64,000 nucleotides of DNA from NCBI RefSeq assembly GCF_006345805.1, contig NC_043002.1, positions 75,206,001-75,270,000 on the forward strand, in the 5' to 3' direction. Position numbers and translations under genes: made by a program. Below the pieces are notes generated by a model, which worked only from the letters and a program-made list of their open reading frames with translations, ran no database searches and had not been told where the DNA came from. The stretch comes from Octopus sinensis. Its lineage: Eukaryota. Below are positions 36,850-49,290 of the stretch, piece by piece. How positions within the stretch are numbered: position 1 is the stretch's first letter; each line of letters begins with the position of its first letter.

Positions 36850-37025
36850 GAAAAATAGATATAAGATAGGAGGAGGAGACCAGCACTGATTTCAGATTTG
36901 CCACAAGGCCAGCAATTACAAAGGAGGGGATAAGTTGACTCCAGTGCTTGACTGGTACTTATTTTATCAATTCTGAGAGGGTGAAAAGCAAAGTTGACCT
37001 TGGCAGAATTTGAGGAGACCAGCAT
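36850..37025 (-). mobile_element. Deu/Nin-like SINE fragment
   Basis: CCAGTGCTTGACTGGTACTTATTTTATC...AAAGCAAAGTTGACCTTGGCAGAATTTGA. Confidence 0.7.
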
Positions 37026-37382
37026 TAAAAATGGTACAATTTTGTGAATTAGAGTTGGAAAGACAGTTTTTAAGTTCAAATCTTACCACCTTTCATTCAT
37101 TTGGTATTAATGAAATAAGTGCCAAAATGAGAAAATTGATTCAATCAACTATACTCTCCATATAGAAATTATAACATGAATCTAACCAAAAATAAATCAA
37201 CATTGATTAAGTATGTGATTTATTGTGTAATATTTAGATGATCATAATAGTCTTATGTTGCGATGTTTGTGCTTTGAAGCTTGAGTGATCTTCATACTTT
37301 TGTTCATTATGTGATATTTGAGTAGAATTAGGTATTTATTGATTTTTGAATTTAATACGAACCCTACTGCTGAACTGAAATG

Positions 37383-37735
37383 CTGGGGCTTGTACCATGC
37401 ACAGATATAATCATTTCATTTTGCAACCACATAGTTCTGGGTTTGATTCCACTGCATAACACTTTGGGTAAGCATGTTAGTGTAACCTTGAATTTCTCAA
37501 TGACTAGTGAGGAATTTGATAAGCAGGGACTGTGTAGAAGTCTAGCATTTATAAGTGTTTATGTTTATCTCTATAAATCAGTGTGTCTCTTTATGTCAAA
37601 ATTTAACTTAGCATATGCTAAATAGAAACCTATTAAATAAATAATGGAGCAATTGTGATTGACCAAAATCCTTAGAGGTGCTACCCCAGCATGGCCACAG
37701 TCCTGCAGCTGAAACCAATGAGAGAAAAAGAAAGA
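37383..37735 (+). mobile_element. old CORE-like tRNA SINE
   Basis: CAACCACATAGTTCTGGGTTTGATTCCACTGC...CCCCAGCATGGCCACAGTCC...GCTGAAAC. Confidence 0.6.
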
Positions 37736-39729
37736 AAGCTCTTGGTTGACTAATAAAATCCTGTTGATGTTTATGTGTAAATTAAAACCCTTCTCATTTT
37801 GATATATATGTTGGAGCTGACAGTCTAGATTGGTTGCAAGCTTTGTTTAGAGAAGAAACAATTTCTGATAAGCAATGCAAACTGAAGCTGGTTTGCTTGC
37901 ATGGATGGATAGATACACACACAAACATGCATGTGTATACATGCACTATTGACATGTTAATCAATCTCACAGATGGCTAACTGATTATTTTTATTCAAAG
38001 ATCAGCCAATGATCATGCCATTAGACTGGTGTAAAACAAAAAGATGATAGTTAAATGTGAGAAGAAAAGGCTAATTAAACTTTAGAGACCCATTCCCTCT
38101 CATCCACTCACTAGTTTTCTGGCAACACTGCTCAGCCGCTGCGTTTAAATAGACAACCCTGGTGCAATGTTAATTAACAGCTGAAGTTGCAAGTGGTAAG
38201 TTAGCAGAAATTTGGTGTTATAAAAATATTGTGCCAGGCAATTCACACCAGCTTAATGTGCAGATCTAAATTTCATTACTCCAGTGATTCTTTGAAGAGA
38301 TTATAGGTTTTTATTGTTGTTGTTTAGCCTGGGTCAGCCTGGATCGAGTAGACTTATGTATGATCAAAGAAGATTATAAGTTTGTTTTGTCTGGCAACTG
38401 AAATCTATTTCAAGTGTTAATAAAAGTATTGTTGTTTTAGTAAACACTTATGCTGGTTGAAGCTTATAGCAAGGACTGACACCTAAAAGATGTTTAAAAA
38501 GCAAAAAGAAAAGAAACATTGGTTGCATAAACGATGCAGGTTAAGCTATGTGCTATCACATAAAGCAGATTGTTTACTTCTTATCCTGAGCATCTAAATC
38601 ATTTGCCACTTGATAACACAAGCAAAGACAGAAGAGCTGGCCTGTAAAATTTGTGTAAGCTTAAGTTGTGTTGTCATGGTTAAAGAGCAATTAAATTTCT
38701 AGTGAGAATAAATGTTGCCATTTGATGAAGATTTTCACAGTTTGCTGAGTGTATGAAAATAGGCGATGATGCTGATGTAGCAATAAACTAGAATTTCCAA
38801 AATTCCACAACTGCATTATTTGGTACTAGTTTATGGGACAAAATCAGTATATGACTATCATTTCTTCAGTGGTCTGCTAGAGAGACAAAAGTCACAAATA
38901 AAACTTTTTCTCTTGCAGAGGCAGCTTCTGGTTTGATTTACAAACAAACTTTATGCATTCTTTGCAATAAATGTGTCGATTGTTCCATCATCATTATTAT
39001 TTCATAGTTCAAGATATTTTATTCCCTGGTTTTTGCATCAGTTTTGTTTCAAAGAGTTGACTGACTCCATTCTCAAATGCAGCATGTTTTAAACACTTTC
39101 ACTTCAGGGAAATTTATGTTTTTGAAACATCTTTGGAATATATTCCAATCCTAAAAAGTTTTACAAAATGTTTTCCCCATTTCATTACCAACCAAATTGA
39201 TAATGTCTGTTAGTGAAGAATACCGAAGCACCTGAGACTGCTTGCTTTTGCAGATTCATATTTAAATTAAAATATCAACATAAATATAATTTCTGCATTA
39301 GTGATAACATGTAAATTTTCCTACATAATCATTTGCTGTATACTACCTAAACATTTTTAGTTGTAAGTTCTACATTTTCCAAATTTTAGGATATACTTTT
39401 TCTGTATGCTGTCGTCTCTCTATTCTATAATGCCCTTTTTGTTTTTTTTATATATATAGTAAAATGGAATTTGTGAAATTATATAAGATTCAGATTTAGT
39501 AATAAATAGCTTCTCCGAATTTAAATGATTTTTTTCAAATGTAACACGTACAAAAGCTGCATCAAGTTTAATTCGTGCCAGTGGATTTTGGAATGTATAT
39601 TTCAGTTTCCAGCAACAAGATTTATAGATAAAGCTTCCAGAAAGAGAATGGAGTAAAAGCTTTTAAAATGCTTGTCTTCCCAAATTTTCCATAACTGAAG
39701 CTAATCAGTCATCCTCCTGATTCAATATA

Positions 39730-40188
39730 TCATCATCATCATCATCATCATCATTTAACGTCCGCTTTCCATGCTAGCATGGGTTGGATGATTTTGATTG
39801 AGGGCTGGCGAACCAGACAGCCGCACCAGGCTCCAATCTTGATCTGGCAGAGTTTCTACAGCTGGATGCCCTTCCTAACGCCAACCACTCCGAGAGTATA
39901 TATATATATATCATCATCTTCATCATCATCGTTTAATGTCCATTTTCCATGCTAGCATGGGTTGAACAGTTTGACCAGGGTCTGGGAAGCCAGGAGGCTG
40001 CACCAGGCTCCAGTCTGATCTGGCAGTGTTTCTACAGCTGGATGCCCTTCCTAACACTAGCCACTTCATAAATGTAGTGGGTGCTTTTTACATGCCACCG
40101 GCACAGGGGCCAGGGGAGGCTGGCAACAACCACGATCGGTTGGTGCTTTTTATGTGCCACTGGCATGAATGCCAGTCAAGGCGGCATG
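39730..40188 (-). mobile_element. two head-to-tail RTE-type 3' UTR copies (39730-39897 and 39912-40188) separated by (TA)n
   Basis: Each has a (CAT)n tail, CCATGCTAGCATGG and CTACAGCTGGATGCCCTTCCTAAC. Confidence 0.85.
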
Positions 40189-40204
40189 TATATATATATA
40201 TATA

Positions 40205-40325
40205 TATATTTCAGTTTCCATCATCAAATTCACTAAAAAGACGCTTGTCTAAGGTGTCTCACAGTGAGACTGAACCCAAAGCTACATGGTTGGGAAGAAA
40301 AGTTCTTGACCATGCAGCCATGCTT
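40205..40325 (-). mobile_element. CORE-like tRNA SINE 5' part
   Basis: CTTGTCTAAGGTGTCTCACAGTGAGACTGAACCC...TTCTTGACCATGCAGCCATGC. Confidence 0.7.
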
Positions 40326-40414
40326 GTGCTGGTATTGAGTAAAATGGGAGGTTTCTTTGTAATGTTTGTCAACCTGAATGATGTGTTTGACATAGTTTCT
40401 GTGATCCTCTCAAG

Positions 40415-40536
40415 GAAATATTGATGAAGCTAGAAGTATCAAAGAAGTTTACCAACTTACTGAAGGAGATGCAAAAACATTGAGTGCTTGCAGACAAAGA
40501 ATTCTCATATTTCTCTGCAACTGTAGTGAAAGCAGG
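40415..40536 (+). CDS. candidate internal exon (GNIDEARSIKEVYQLTEGDAKTLSACRQRILIFLCNCSESR), product unknown
   Basis: Acceptor tgatcctctcaAG, donor AGG|GTGAAG, 122 nt open frame. A competing minus-strand exon (40461-40520, donor GTAAGT) also fits. Confidence 0.25.
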
Positions 40537-41367
40537 GTGAAGTGATTATGCCTTTCATGTGCATTGTCTTCTTCATTGCTGTTTTTGGATGCATCTCTAT
40601 ATGCTTGGATACATGCATTCTCACACATACATACATATAAAAGTATACATGTATATAAGTACATTTATGTATATCTACACACACACACACACACACACTC
40701 TTATGTACCAGCAACAAGTATCTGTACAGTTACACCCAACAGTCTATGGTTGTGCGGATACATATCAACTGAAAGTTCTTGAGCTGAGTGTTGTTATATT
40801 TTGCTGTTTTTAATGTTATTATTGTGACTGTATCTATATAAGACACAGTTTACTTTGACCAAAGAATGATATTTTGGAATAAGTTATTTGCTGCTCCTCA
40901 GCCAATTCATTATTAGTCAAATCCCCCCACACACACACACACCACCTCACTAATAGAACACGGCTTTGTGGGCCACTTTATACCTTTTGCTCTACTGACC
41001 TGAAAGAGGGAAGTTTGCTGGTGCAACGCCATATACAACTGACAATATTTGTGTAATTTGATGATTTACTATATACTCACTTTGAATTACCTCATATGTA
41101 GTGCTAACAGTTTCTTACTCTGGCACAAACCCACAAATTTCCTCAAGAAAAATCAACCTCAGAACATGTCTAGTAGTTAGCATATATGCAGCCACACATA
41201 CACACTCAGAATAAAAAAAGCAGAAAAGCATAAATTTCACATGATTCATAATTTAGTTGTTGAGAATAATTATGGATCATATGTGAAATCCATACTTTTC
41301 TTCTTTTTAGTATACTTGAATGTGTTGTTGTCAACTATCATTTTAGCCAATTCTCTGTATATTTCTT

Positions 41368-41781
41368 ATTTCTTTACTGCCCACAAGGGGCTACACACAG
41401 AGGGGACAAACAAGGACAGGCAAATGGATTAAGTCGATTATATCGACCCCAGTGCGTAACTGGTACTTATTTAATTGACCCCGAAAGGATGAAAGGCAAA
41501 GTCGACTTTAGTGGAATTTGAACTCAGAACGTAGCACCAGATGAAATACCTATTTCTTTATTACCCATAAGGGGCTAAACATAGAGGGGACAAACAAGGA
41601 CAGACATAGGTATTAAGTCGATTACATTGACCCCAGTGCGTAACTGGTACTTAATTTATCGACCCCGAAAGGATGAAAGGCAAAGTCGACCTCGGTGGAA
41701 TTTGAACTCACAACGTAACAGCAGATGAACTACCGCTAAGCATTTCGTCCGGTGTACTAATGTTTCTACCAGCTTGCTGCC
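41368..41781 (-). mobile_element. tandem dimer of the Deu/Nin-like tRNA SINE (one full copy plus one headless copy)
   Basis: A ~177-bp unit is repeated (41375-41550 vs 41552-41730). Only the first unit on the minus strand has the A-box head. Confidence 0.9.
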
Positions 41782-42918
41782 TTCTCTGTTTATATGCCAT
41801 ATATGCCGCTAATTCTCTGTATATATGCTAGATTAATCCATCAATTCATATATGCAATGTAATCATGTATTGGTGTTTAACAATATATCAATAATTAAAC
41901 TCTTAAATACAATGAATATATTTTATTGTATTATGTTTATGTACTTGCTTTGCAAGCTTCTTGATGGGAAAACGTGTGTTGAAATTGATAACTGATAAAA
42001 CTAAAGTGAAGATCATCTAAATAATGCATGTGTTTAATTGGCAAAAGATGACCATCCCCAAATACCACAACATATTGTGTTTATACTTCAAATTTGAGAG
42101 GGAGGGGGAGTGTGTGTGTGTATGTGGAATAGTTTAGAAAAAATAAATATGATAAAAAAAAATCATCAAATCAATGTAATAGTCTTTTGAGATAGTACTA
42201 TTTCTCTCTTTCACCAACCCATATTCTGTTTCCTTCATTGGCAATCTTTCTTGAAGAATTGCAAGTGTTCTGTTATGCAATTAAAAGTTGATCAGGTCTA
42301 TGCAATGAGCTCCTCTTGATTATTTAGCTAAAATATGCTGGCATTGATAAATCTATCTTATGTGACTTCACATTGTTTTTAGAGGGTATGATGATGGCGA
42401 TAAGAGATATTATTCCTCACACATCCAGACCTAAAATGTTAGTGATGTTTGCATGTTTATAATGTGTGTAGAAACAGATTGACAATTGGTGGTGGATACA
42501 ATATATAAATATTGCATTTAGTTGTGAACTAGAAAACGAAGTTTCATCACCATTTTGCTTCTAACGTTTTTTTTTTCATGTCTGAAAAATCAAATATATA
42601 TGCAATTACTTTACATATACATACATACGTGTGTGTATTTGTTTGTATCTGTATGCATTTATAAATATACATGTGCAGTATCATTGTGTGTGCACACATA
42701 CTTGCATGTGCTATTTACTTGAAAATATGTGTCTCTTTATGTATTTATAGACATACACATACATATGCTAGACACACAAATAAATATGTAATTTTATTGT
42801 GTGTGTGTGTATATGTATATCTATGTTTATTCATACGTAAATCTATATTTAAATTCAAATACTATACAATTTATATATCTGGGAATGTGAATGTGGGTGA
42901 TTATATTTTAAAATATAA

Positions 42919-42958
<40 letters not shown>

Positions 42959-44299
42959 GCACTCACACCCACACACATATTTCCACAGAAAGATTACACA
43001 ATATTCTATTTATTGATAAAGTAAATAAAACTGAAAGAAGAGAAGGGTGTGGTGGCAGGGGGACCAGTGGGTGGAAAGAAAAACAATAGATTTCTATGAT
43101 GTTTGAAACAATTTGTTTCATTTCTTGCCTAAACAAACCATGAGAGAGATGTAAATAGTTTTATCTGGTGTGGGGGAGAAGATAAATAGATAAATAAGTG
43201 TGTAAACAAACACACACACACACAAAGTATAGAAGAGAAAGAGAGAGTGAGAGAGAGAGAAACTTGATTAGTATGCTATCTACTAGTCATAGTACTCGTT
43301 GTATAACAATGTTTATTATATCAGTGGCAGTTAACAGCGATTCTTTAACTTAACCATGAGTCAACAGACTGTTGCTGTCATTGTGGTTAATGCTGCTGTT
43401 CGTTTCCCCATCACATCACAGCAGCCAACGATTGAGAAAGAGAGAGAGAGAGAGAGAGATTTGCTGAGCTGGAATTGAGGCATAGATACAGTAGAAGGTG
43501 ATTTGACAGTTGTGTAAACAGTGGGAGGGATTGTTTTGTTGTTTATTTTACAGGTTCTGTTATTGTTGTTGTTGTTGTGTGACTCTTTGTAATAGTCAAT
43601 ATTTTGAAATGATCTGGTGTGTCTGTGTGCCTCTGTCTATGTGTATGTATGTGTGTGTGTGTTTGTCAAATAGAGACAAAATTACTATTACACCATTATT
43701 ATGTTCACCTCTGTCTTCCTTGGGTGTGCGTAGTATTACTGTCTTTTGGGGGATTAAAAAGGTGTTCATGTTTGCTGTATCATGGCATTTGTGTTGTCAT
43801 TGTTTCTTGTATTTTTAATGTTTTTGAATGTGTCTGTCAGATATGTACTATGTTATTGTTTTGTATTGACTGAGTCTCTTGTGTAGAATGTCTGTTCTGC
43901 CAAATAAGCCTGTTTGTCTGGGGAAGACAATGTTTGTAAATTTGAGTTCCTTAGAATGTTGTTTTTTGTCCTTAAAAAAAAATTTTTTTTTATCATACCT
44001 AGTGAATCATTTATTTAGTTTTGCTCTTATTTTACATAATTCCATTTCTGGGTTCTTGTTTTTGAAGTTTCTTTAACCATTTTCATACTAACCCACCCAA
44101 AACTGCCCCTGGTTCTATGATTCAAACTTCTTATTTTAAAGAGATCTTAATTAAAACCTTCCATCAAAATTTCCTGTTTATATTCCAAATAAATGCCAAC
44201 TTAATGATGGCAAAGATTATTTTACTAAACTCCTTGTTATTTTCAAAGTTAATTGAAACAAAGACAATGTATTATGAAAAAAAAATTTGAGATAAAGCT

Positions 44300-44600
44300 G
44301 TTAGAGAGAAAAGGAACCATGTGCAATCAAGTATTTTAAAGTCAACTAGGCTAGTCTTCTTTAGGATATACACAAGGAGTATACTTCTCTATGGGGCTAA
44401 AACATGGAATATGAAGAAGAAGCTTCAAGATTGCCTTGGTGATAATATATGCCAGGTTTTTCATGAGAACTCAAAATATTTCATGTGTGAACACAAGACT
44501 AAAAAGGAGATTTATGAACACATTCCACCCATCTCTACAATTGTTGTACAATGTAAGGCAACAGACCATATCAGATGCTAAAGTTTCTCACTGTTGTACA
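44300..44600 (+). mobile_element. degenerate RTE LINE ORF fragment (post-RT region)
   Basis: KSTRLVFFRIYTRSILLYGAKTWNMKKKL...EIYEHIPPIS matches the RTE 'KxRLFxAxVxSxLLYGxETW...YGxxPPIS' pattern. Confidence 0.75.
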
Positions 44601-45754
44601 GGAAACACTTCCTTGTCATTTTTTTCCTTGCTTTTGTTCTTTCTCATTTATTTACTTTTCAAGTATTTTCAGTATTTCAAAGCTGTTAATCTCCTTTTTT
44701 GTTTTAGATTCTTGTTTTCATAAAGCTTAATCTAACTTTAAACAACTATTATTGGTGCAGCACTTAAGTACCCCAATTCTAGAGTATATTAATTTTGTCA
44801 GTGTTGATAGGATATTTGTTGACTTGAGCATAGCACATAGCAACTAAACTCGGGTTATGTTCAGATCACGAAGGAAAGATCAGTAAGCATGGAGGAATAA
44901 ATAAGGTGACACTGTGGTATGTACTAAGCTTTCAAATATATAGGTTGCTTGGTAACATCTTACTCACATGTGTTGGTCATGATGGTTATGCATGTAAAAA
45001 GATGTTGCCAAGAAACCTATGCATTTGATTGTTTAGCGAAGAAATGTGAACAAAAGATTAATTTATTAATTTTCGTTCACTTGATTTTTGAGCTTAATCT
45101 TAATTTTACTTTTATATATTTTTATTATTTAAAAAAAAATTTTTCTGTGTTTTTTTTTTCTTTCTTATTGTAAGAATTAATTTCAATTTGTTACAAAACG
45201 TTTGGGAGTGTTCTTAGATGTAATCATGGGTTAATTTACAGAACACTCAATCAACACTTGCAGCAATAAAAAAAAAAGAGAAAAAAATAAAGAAATGCAA
45301 ATAAAAAAAACCACAAAAAGACCCCTCTTATCTGTGGTTTGGGTCTGGTTTCTGATGAGTAATTGTGACTGGTTATACAAAAGGCTTGCCAGCGTATTGA
45401 CTGACAAACATATCAGAATGGATACAAGATCACATTGTGCAATAATGTTATTTTTACCACATGGTGCTTTTTGAGCTCTTTCAACTTTTCGCTCTCTTTC
45501 TCTTTCCCCCTTAATATGCAGGTCTTTCCTATCTGTGTCTCATTCTTCTGTTATCACCATTGATTTCCATTCCTCTTTAATTAAACTTCATTAGGTCTGT
45601 ACTGAAGTGTGAGGATGGGACTGTTGTTAATGAAACAGAGAACTGGTCAAACTTTTCACTGTAGAAGCAATTAGTCTCATTTAAATGCTCTATTTCTTTT
45701 AAGATTCTTTCCAGTTCATGTGTGCATTTAATCACCATCATCATCATTATGTAA

Positions 45755-46608
45755 GGCAGTGAGCTGGTATAATCATTAGCACATGTGGCAAAATGCTTCA
45801 CAGCATTTCGTCCATCTTTATGTTCTGTGTTCAAATTCCGCCGAGGTTGAGTTAGCCTTTCATCCTTTCTGGGTCAATAAATCAAGTACCAGTGAAACAC
45901 TGGGGTCAATGTAATCGACTGGTCCCCTCCCCCAAAATTTCAGTCCTTGTGCCTTTAGTAGAAAGGATTATTATTATTATAATTAAAGCCAGTGGCCTGG
46001 TGCAGCCACTGGCTTTCCAGACCTCAGTCAAACCATCCAACTCATGCCAGCATGGGAAATGAATGTTAAACGATAACGATGATGATGATCATTATCATTA
46101 TTATTTATTTCGTTATTGCCAATGAGAGGCTAAACATAGAGGGGACAAACAAGGACAGACAAAAGGATTAAGTCGATTACATCGACCCCAGTGCATAACT
46201 GGTACTTATTTAATTGACCCCAAAATGGCCAGACAAAATGCTTAGTGGTATTTCTTTTGGCTTTATGTTCCAAGTTCAAATTCCACCAAGGTTGACTTTG
46301 CCTTTCATCCTTTTGGGGTTCATAAGATAAGTACCTGTGTAATCAACTATCTCCACTTCCCTGAAATTTCAGACCTTGTGCCTTTAGTAGAAAGAATTAT
46401 TATTATGGTGGCAAGCTGGCAGAATAGTTAGCACACCAGGTGAAATGCTTAGCAGTATTTTGTCTGTCTTCATGTTCTGAGTTCAAATGCTGCTGGAGTT
46501 GGCTTTACCTTTCATCCTGTCAGGGTTGATAAATTAAGTACCACTGGGGTTGACATAATCAACTGGTCCTCTCCCAAAATTTTGGGCCTTGCACTTAAAG
46601 TAGAAAGG

Positions 46609-46620
<12 letters not shown>
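45755..46620. mobile_element. cluster of 5 retroposon pieces: SINE B(+) 45755-45980, RTE tail(+) 45985-46090, SINE B 3' end(-) 46120-46222, SINE B(+) 46225-46400, SINE B(+) 46405-46620
   Basis: Shared CCTTTCATCC...GGGGTCAAT...AAGTACC bodies and (ATT)n or (GAT)n tails. Confidence 0.8.
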
Positions 46621-46641
<21 letters not shown>

Positions 46642-46854
46642 TGTATAGTTAGAAGGAAGATCTTGTGCCTGCATGTTTGTTTGTGTGTGTGATATATGTT
46701 TATAATATGCATGTGTGTCGTGTTGATGTATAAGTGTAGTATATATTTTAATATTATTCTAACCTGTTTTTTCTATTCAGTTTTCTATATGGTGCCTTTC
46801 TTTTCTCTGGATGCAACTGACAAAATATGAACCCTAACCTTTTGCGCTGACCAA

Positions 46855-46882
46855 GTAACCCGGGGTAACCTATAAGGAAGTG
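46855..46882 (+). promoter_or_regulatory. candidate RFX X-box followed by TATA-like and ETS-like motifs
   Basis: GTAACC-CGG-GGTAAC fits GTNRCC(N0-3)RGYAAC exactly; then TATAAG and GGAAGTG. The sequence is non-repetitive and contains CpG. Confidence 0.35.
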
Positions 46883-47015
46883 ACTAACTTTCCTCTCTCT
46901 CTAAGGAGAAAGAAAGAGGATGTAGTCTTGAGAAAGAAAGAAAGAAAGAAAGGAAAAAATAAAACTGATAACAAGGTTTCAGAATGTGAATGAGATAGGA
47001 TGAGTGGTAGCATCA

Positions 47016-47047
47016 GGGGGTGGGTGGGGTGGGGGTTGTAGTGGGGG
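47016..47047 (+). other. putative G-quadruplex-forming sequence
   Basis: GGGGG-T-GGG-T-GGGG-T-GGGGG plus a fifth G5 run. Confidence 0.7.
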
Positions 47048-47139
47048 TGGTAGGTGGGACAGAACATGTTGATAACAGTTTAGAAGTGCTGGGTAAACAG
47101 TGTGCTCTTTCTCATCACCTGATTATAGTTGCACATGTG

Positions 47140-47172
<33 letters not shown>

Positions 47173-48157
47173 TTATGTATGTACATCTCTTCATCTATTT
47201 TACCCCACTCTCCTTTGTGTTGTCTTTCTCTCTGTCTTCCTCTCTCTCTCCCTCACTTTCTCTCATCTCCCTCTCTTTCTCTCTCCCTCTCTTAACATTT
47301 GGGTAGTGTTTGGGTTATGTAAACCCTGTGCCTGTTTATCTCGCCCCTTATCCTTTGCCACCAGATGGAAACTCAACCCTGTTAGTACTGTCTTGTTCTG
47401 CGCACTGGGAAGGGTGTGATATTTTGGCTTCTTCATAACTCCTTTCTCCTTCCCTTCTTCCGCCCCTCTCAGACTCAAAGTATCATCATCCTACAGCCCA
47501 CCTTCCCAACCTTTACACATCTACTGTTGCTCCCCACCAACACTTATCATGATCTCGCTCTGTTCATATCCTAGTCTGTCGGAACATCTTGCCCAGCTTC
47601 CTTCTGTTAACAATATTCCACAGCAAGGTACCTCCTCCACCCTTGCCCTCTTCCGACACACGCATGCACACACACACGCACACACGCACACACACACACA
47701 AGCACATACACTGGCCTCAAAGAACTTTTTGGGGTTAGCAAATATGCCAAACATAGATAAATACTTTTCAGACCAACCAGTGAGTACATCCCTTGTTGTT
47801 TTTAAGTATTTCATCTGTTTCTCTTCATATCTAGAAATATATACTCACACACATAACAGCACACACACATGCTCTCGCTCTCTCTCTCTCTCTCTCTCAC
47901 TCATACAAACACATATGTACAAGATTTTTAGAAGCACACTTTATTGCTCTGTTCTCACATATGCTCACACCTGCACTAGCATATGTGTACGTGCACTCTT
48001 TCGCAAACAGACATCTCCATTCACACACACACACACATGCACAAACACCTTATTATTTTATACACACTTGCACATTAATAAAGTCATATACACACATTTG
48101 AATAGATTTATGTACATCTTTGTGTATACAAATACTAGTTTGTGCATGTGTATATAT

Positions 48158-48201
<44 letters not shown>

Positions 48202-48376
48202 TGCTCTCACTCTCTCTTTTCTATCTCTCTCTCCCTCCCTCCCTTTCACTTTATCTTTCTCTCTCACTCACACATACACATGTTCTTATTGTATCCCAGG
48301 CATTGCTCTCTGTGTATGTTTCTTTTGGCACCTAAATTTTTTCCACTGGCCATTTCACCTGCATATATAAAATTAC

Positions 48377-48426
<50 letters not shown>

Positions 48427-49290
48427 TACACACTGGCTGTTTGTATGGTTTTAAAGCTCCACACAAACCTAGAAAGTGGAGAGGAGTATTTATGAAATAG
48501 AAAAGAACTCTCATCGCTTTTTTTTTTTTTCTCCAAGATGGATTCCTTATCACCAAAGTGCTTCAGTATATTTCCTTTCTCTTTTGCTGATAATTTCATA
48601 GTAGGTAAAATATTGAATGTGACTAAGTAGCATTGTTGTTACTGTTTGAAGGTAATGCTTGCAGCTTGTATGTTAAAACTTGAAATAGCCAACGGCTTTT
48701 GCTTTTAGCCTATATATTTCCTTCATGCCCACTTGAAACAGAACTGATCTTTTGTTGTTGGTGTTATTGTTTGTGGTCAGGTAGGAAGAGAAATTTTCCC
48801 TAAGTAAAAAATTTGCTAACCATTTTCAACTTGCTTAATGCTGTAATTTCTATATATGGACGTCACGATGTGGAGTTTGTTCCTTCACCAAAGCTAATTA
48901 GTAAGGTTTTAGTGTATGTGAGAAAGAAGGGAATGCAGCAGAAAAGGAAGCAGAGAGAGAGAGAGAGAGAAAAAGACACTAAAGACCAGCAGTATGTTCA
49001 ATGTAAGTGTAAGAATATGTGTGTGTTCATGTATGTATGTATGTATGTGTGAATATATATGCCTGTGCACACAAATATTCCAGCTTTTAGGAATACTTTG
49101 TATGCAGAAATCAAATGCTGCATGTATTTCTGTGCATGCATAAGTCCACTCTCATATAAATATGCTTTAATGAATTGTTGGATTGCCAGCAGTAGCCTTC
49201 TTCTACATGTAGAATGACAAAGGAAGGCCAGCATAGCTGAGTCCATCCTCTGTGGTCTTTAACCTATGGCCAGAAATCATGAGAGTTCTA

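Noticed and set aside
45755-46620. Repeat-spacer-like periodicity suggestive of a CRISPR array
   Set aside because: The units are long, diverged SINE copies in mixed orientation in eukaryotic DNA, with no cas genes.
46831-46839. Telomere-like ACCCTAACC
   Set aside because: Only 1.5 units; expected by chance.
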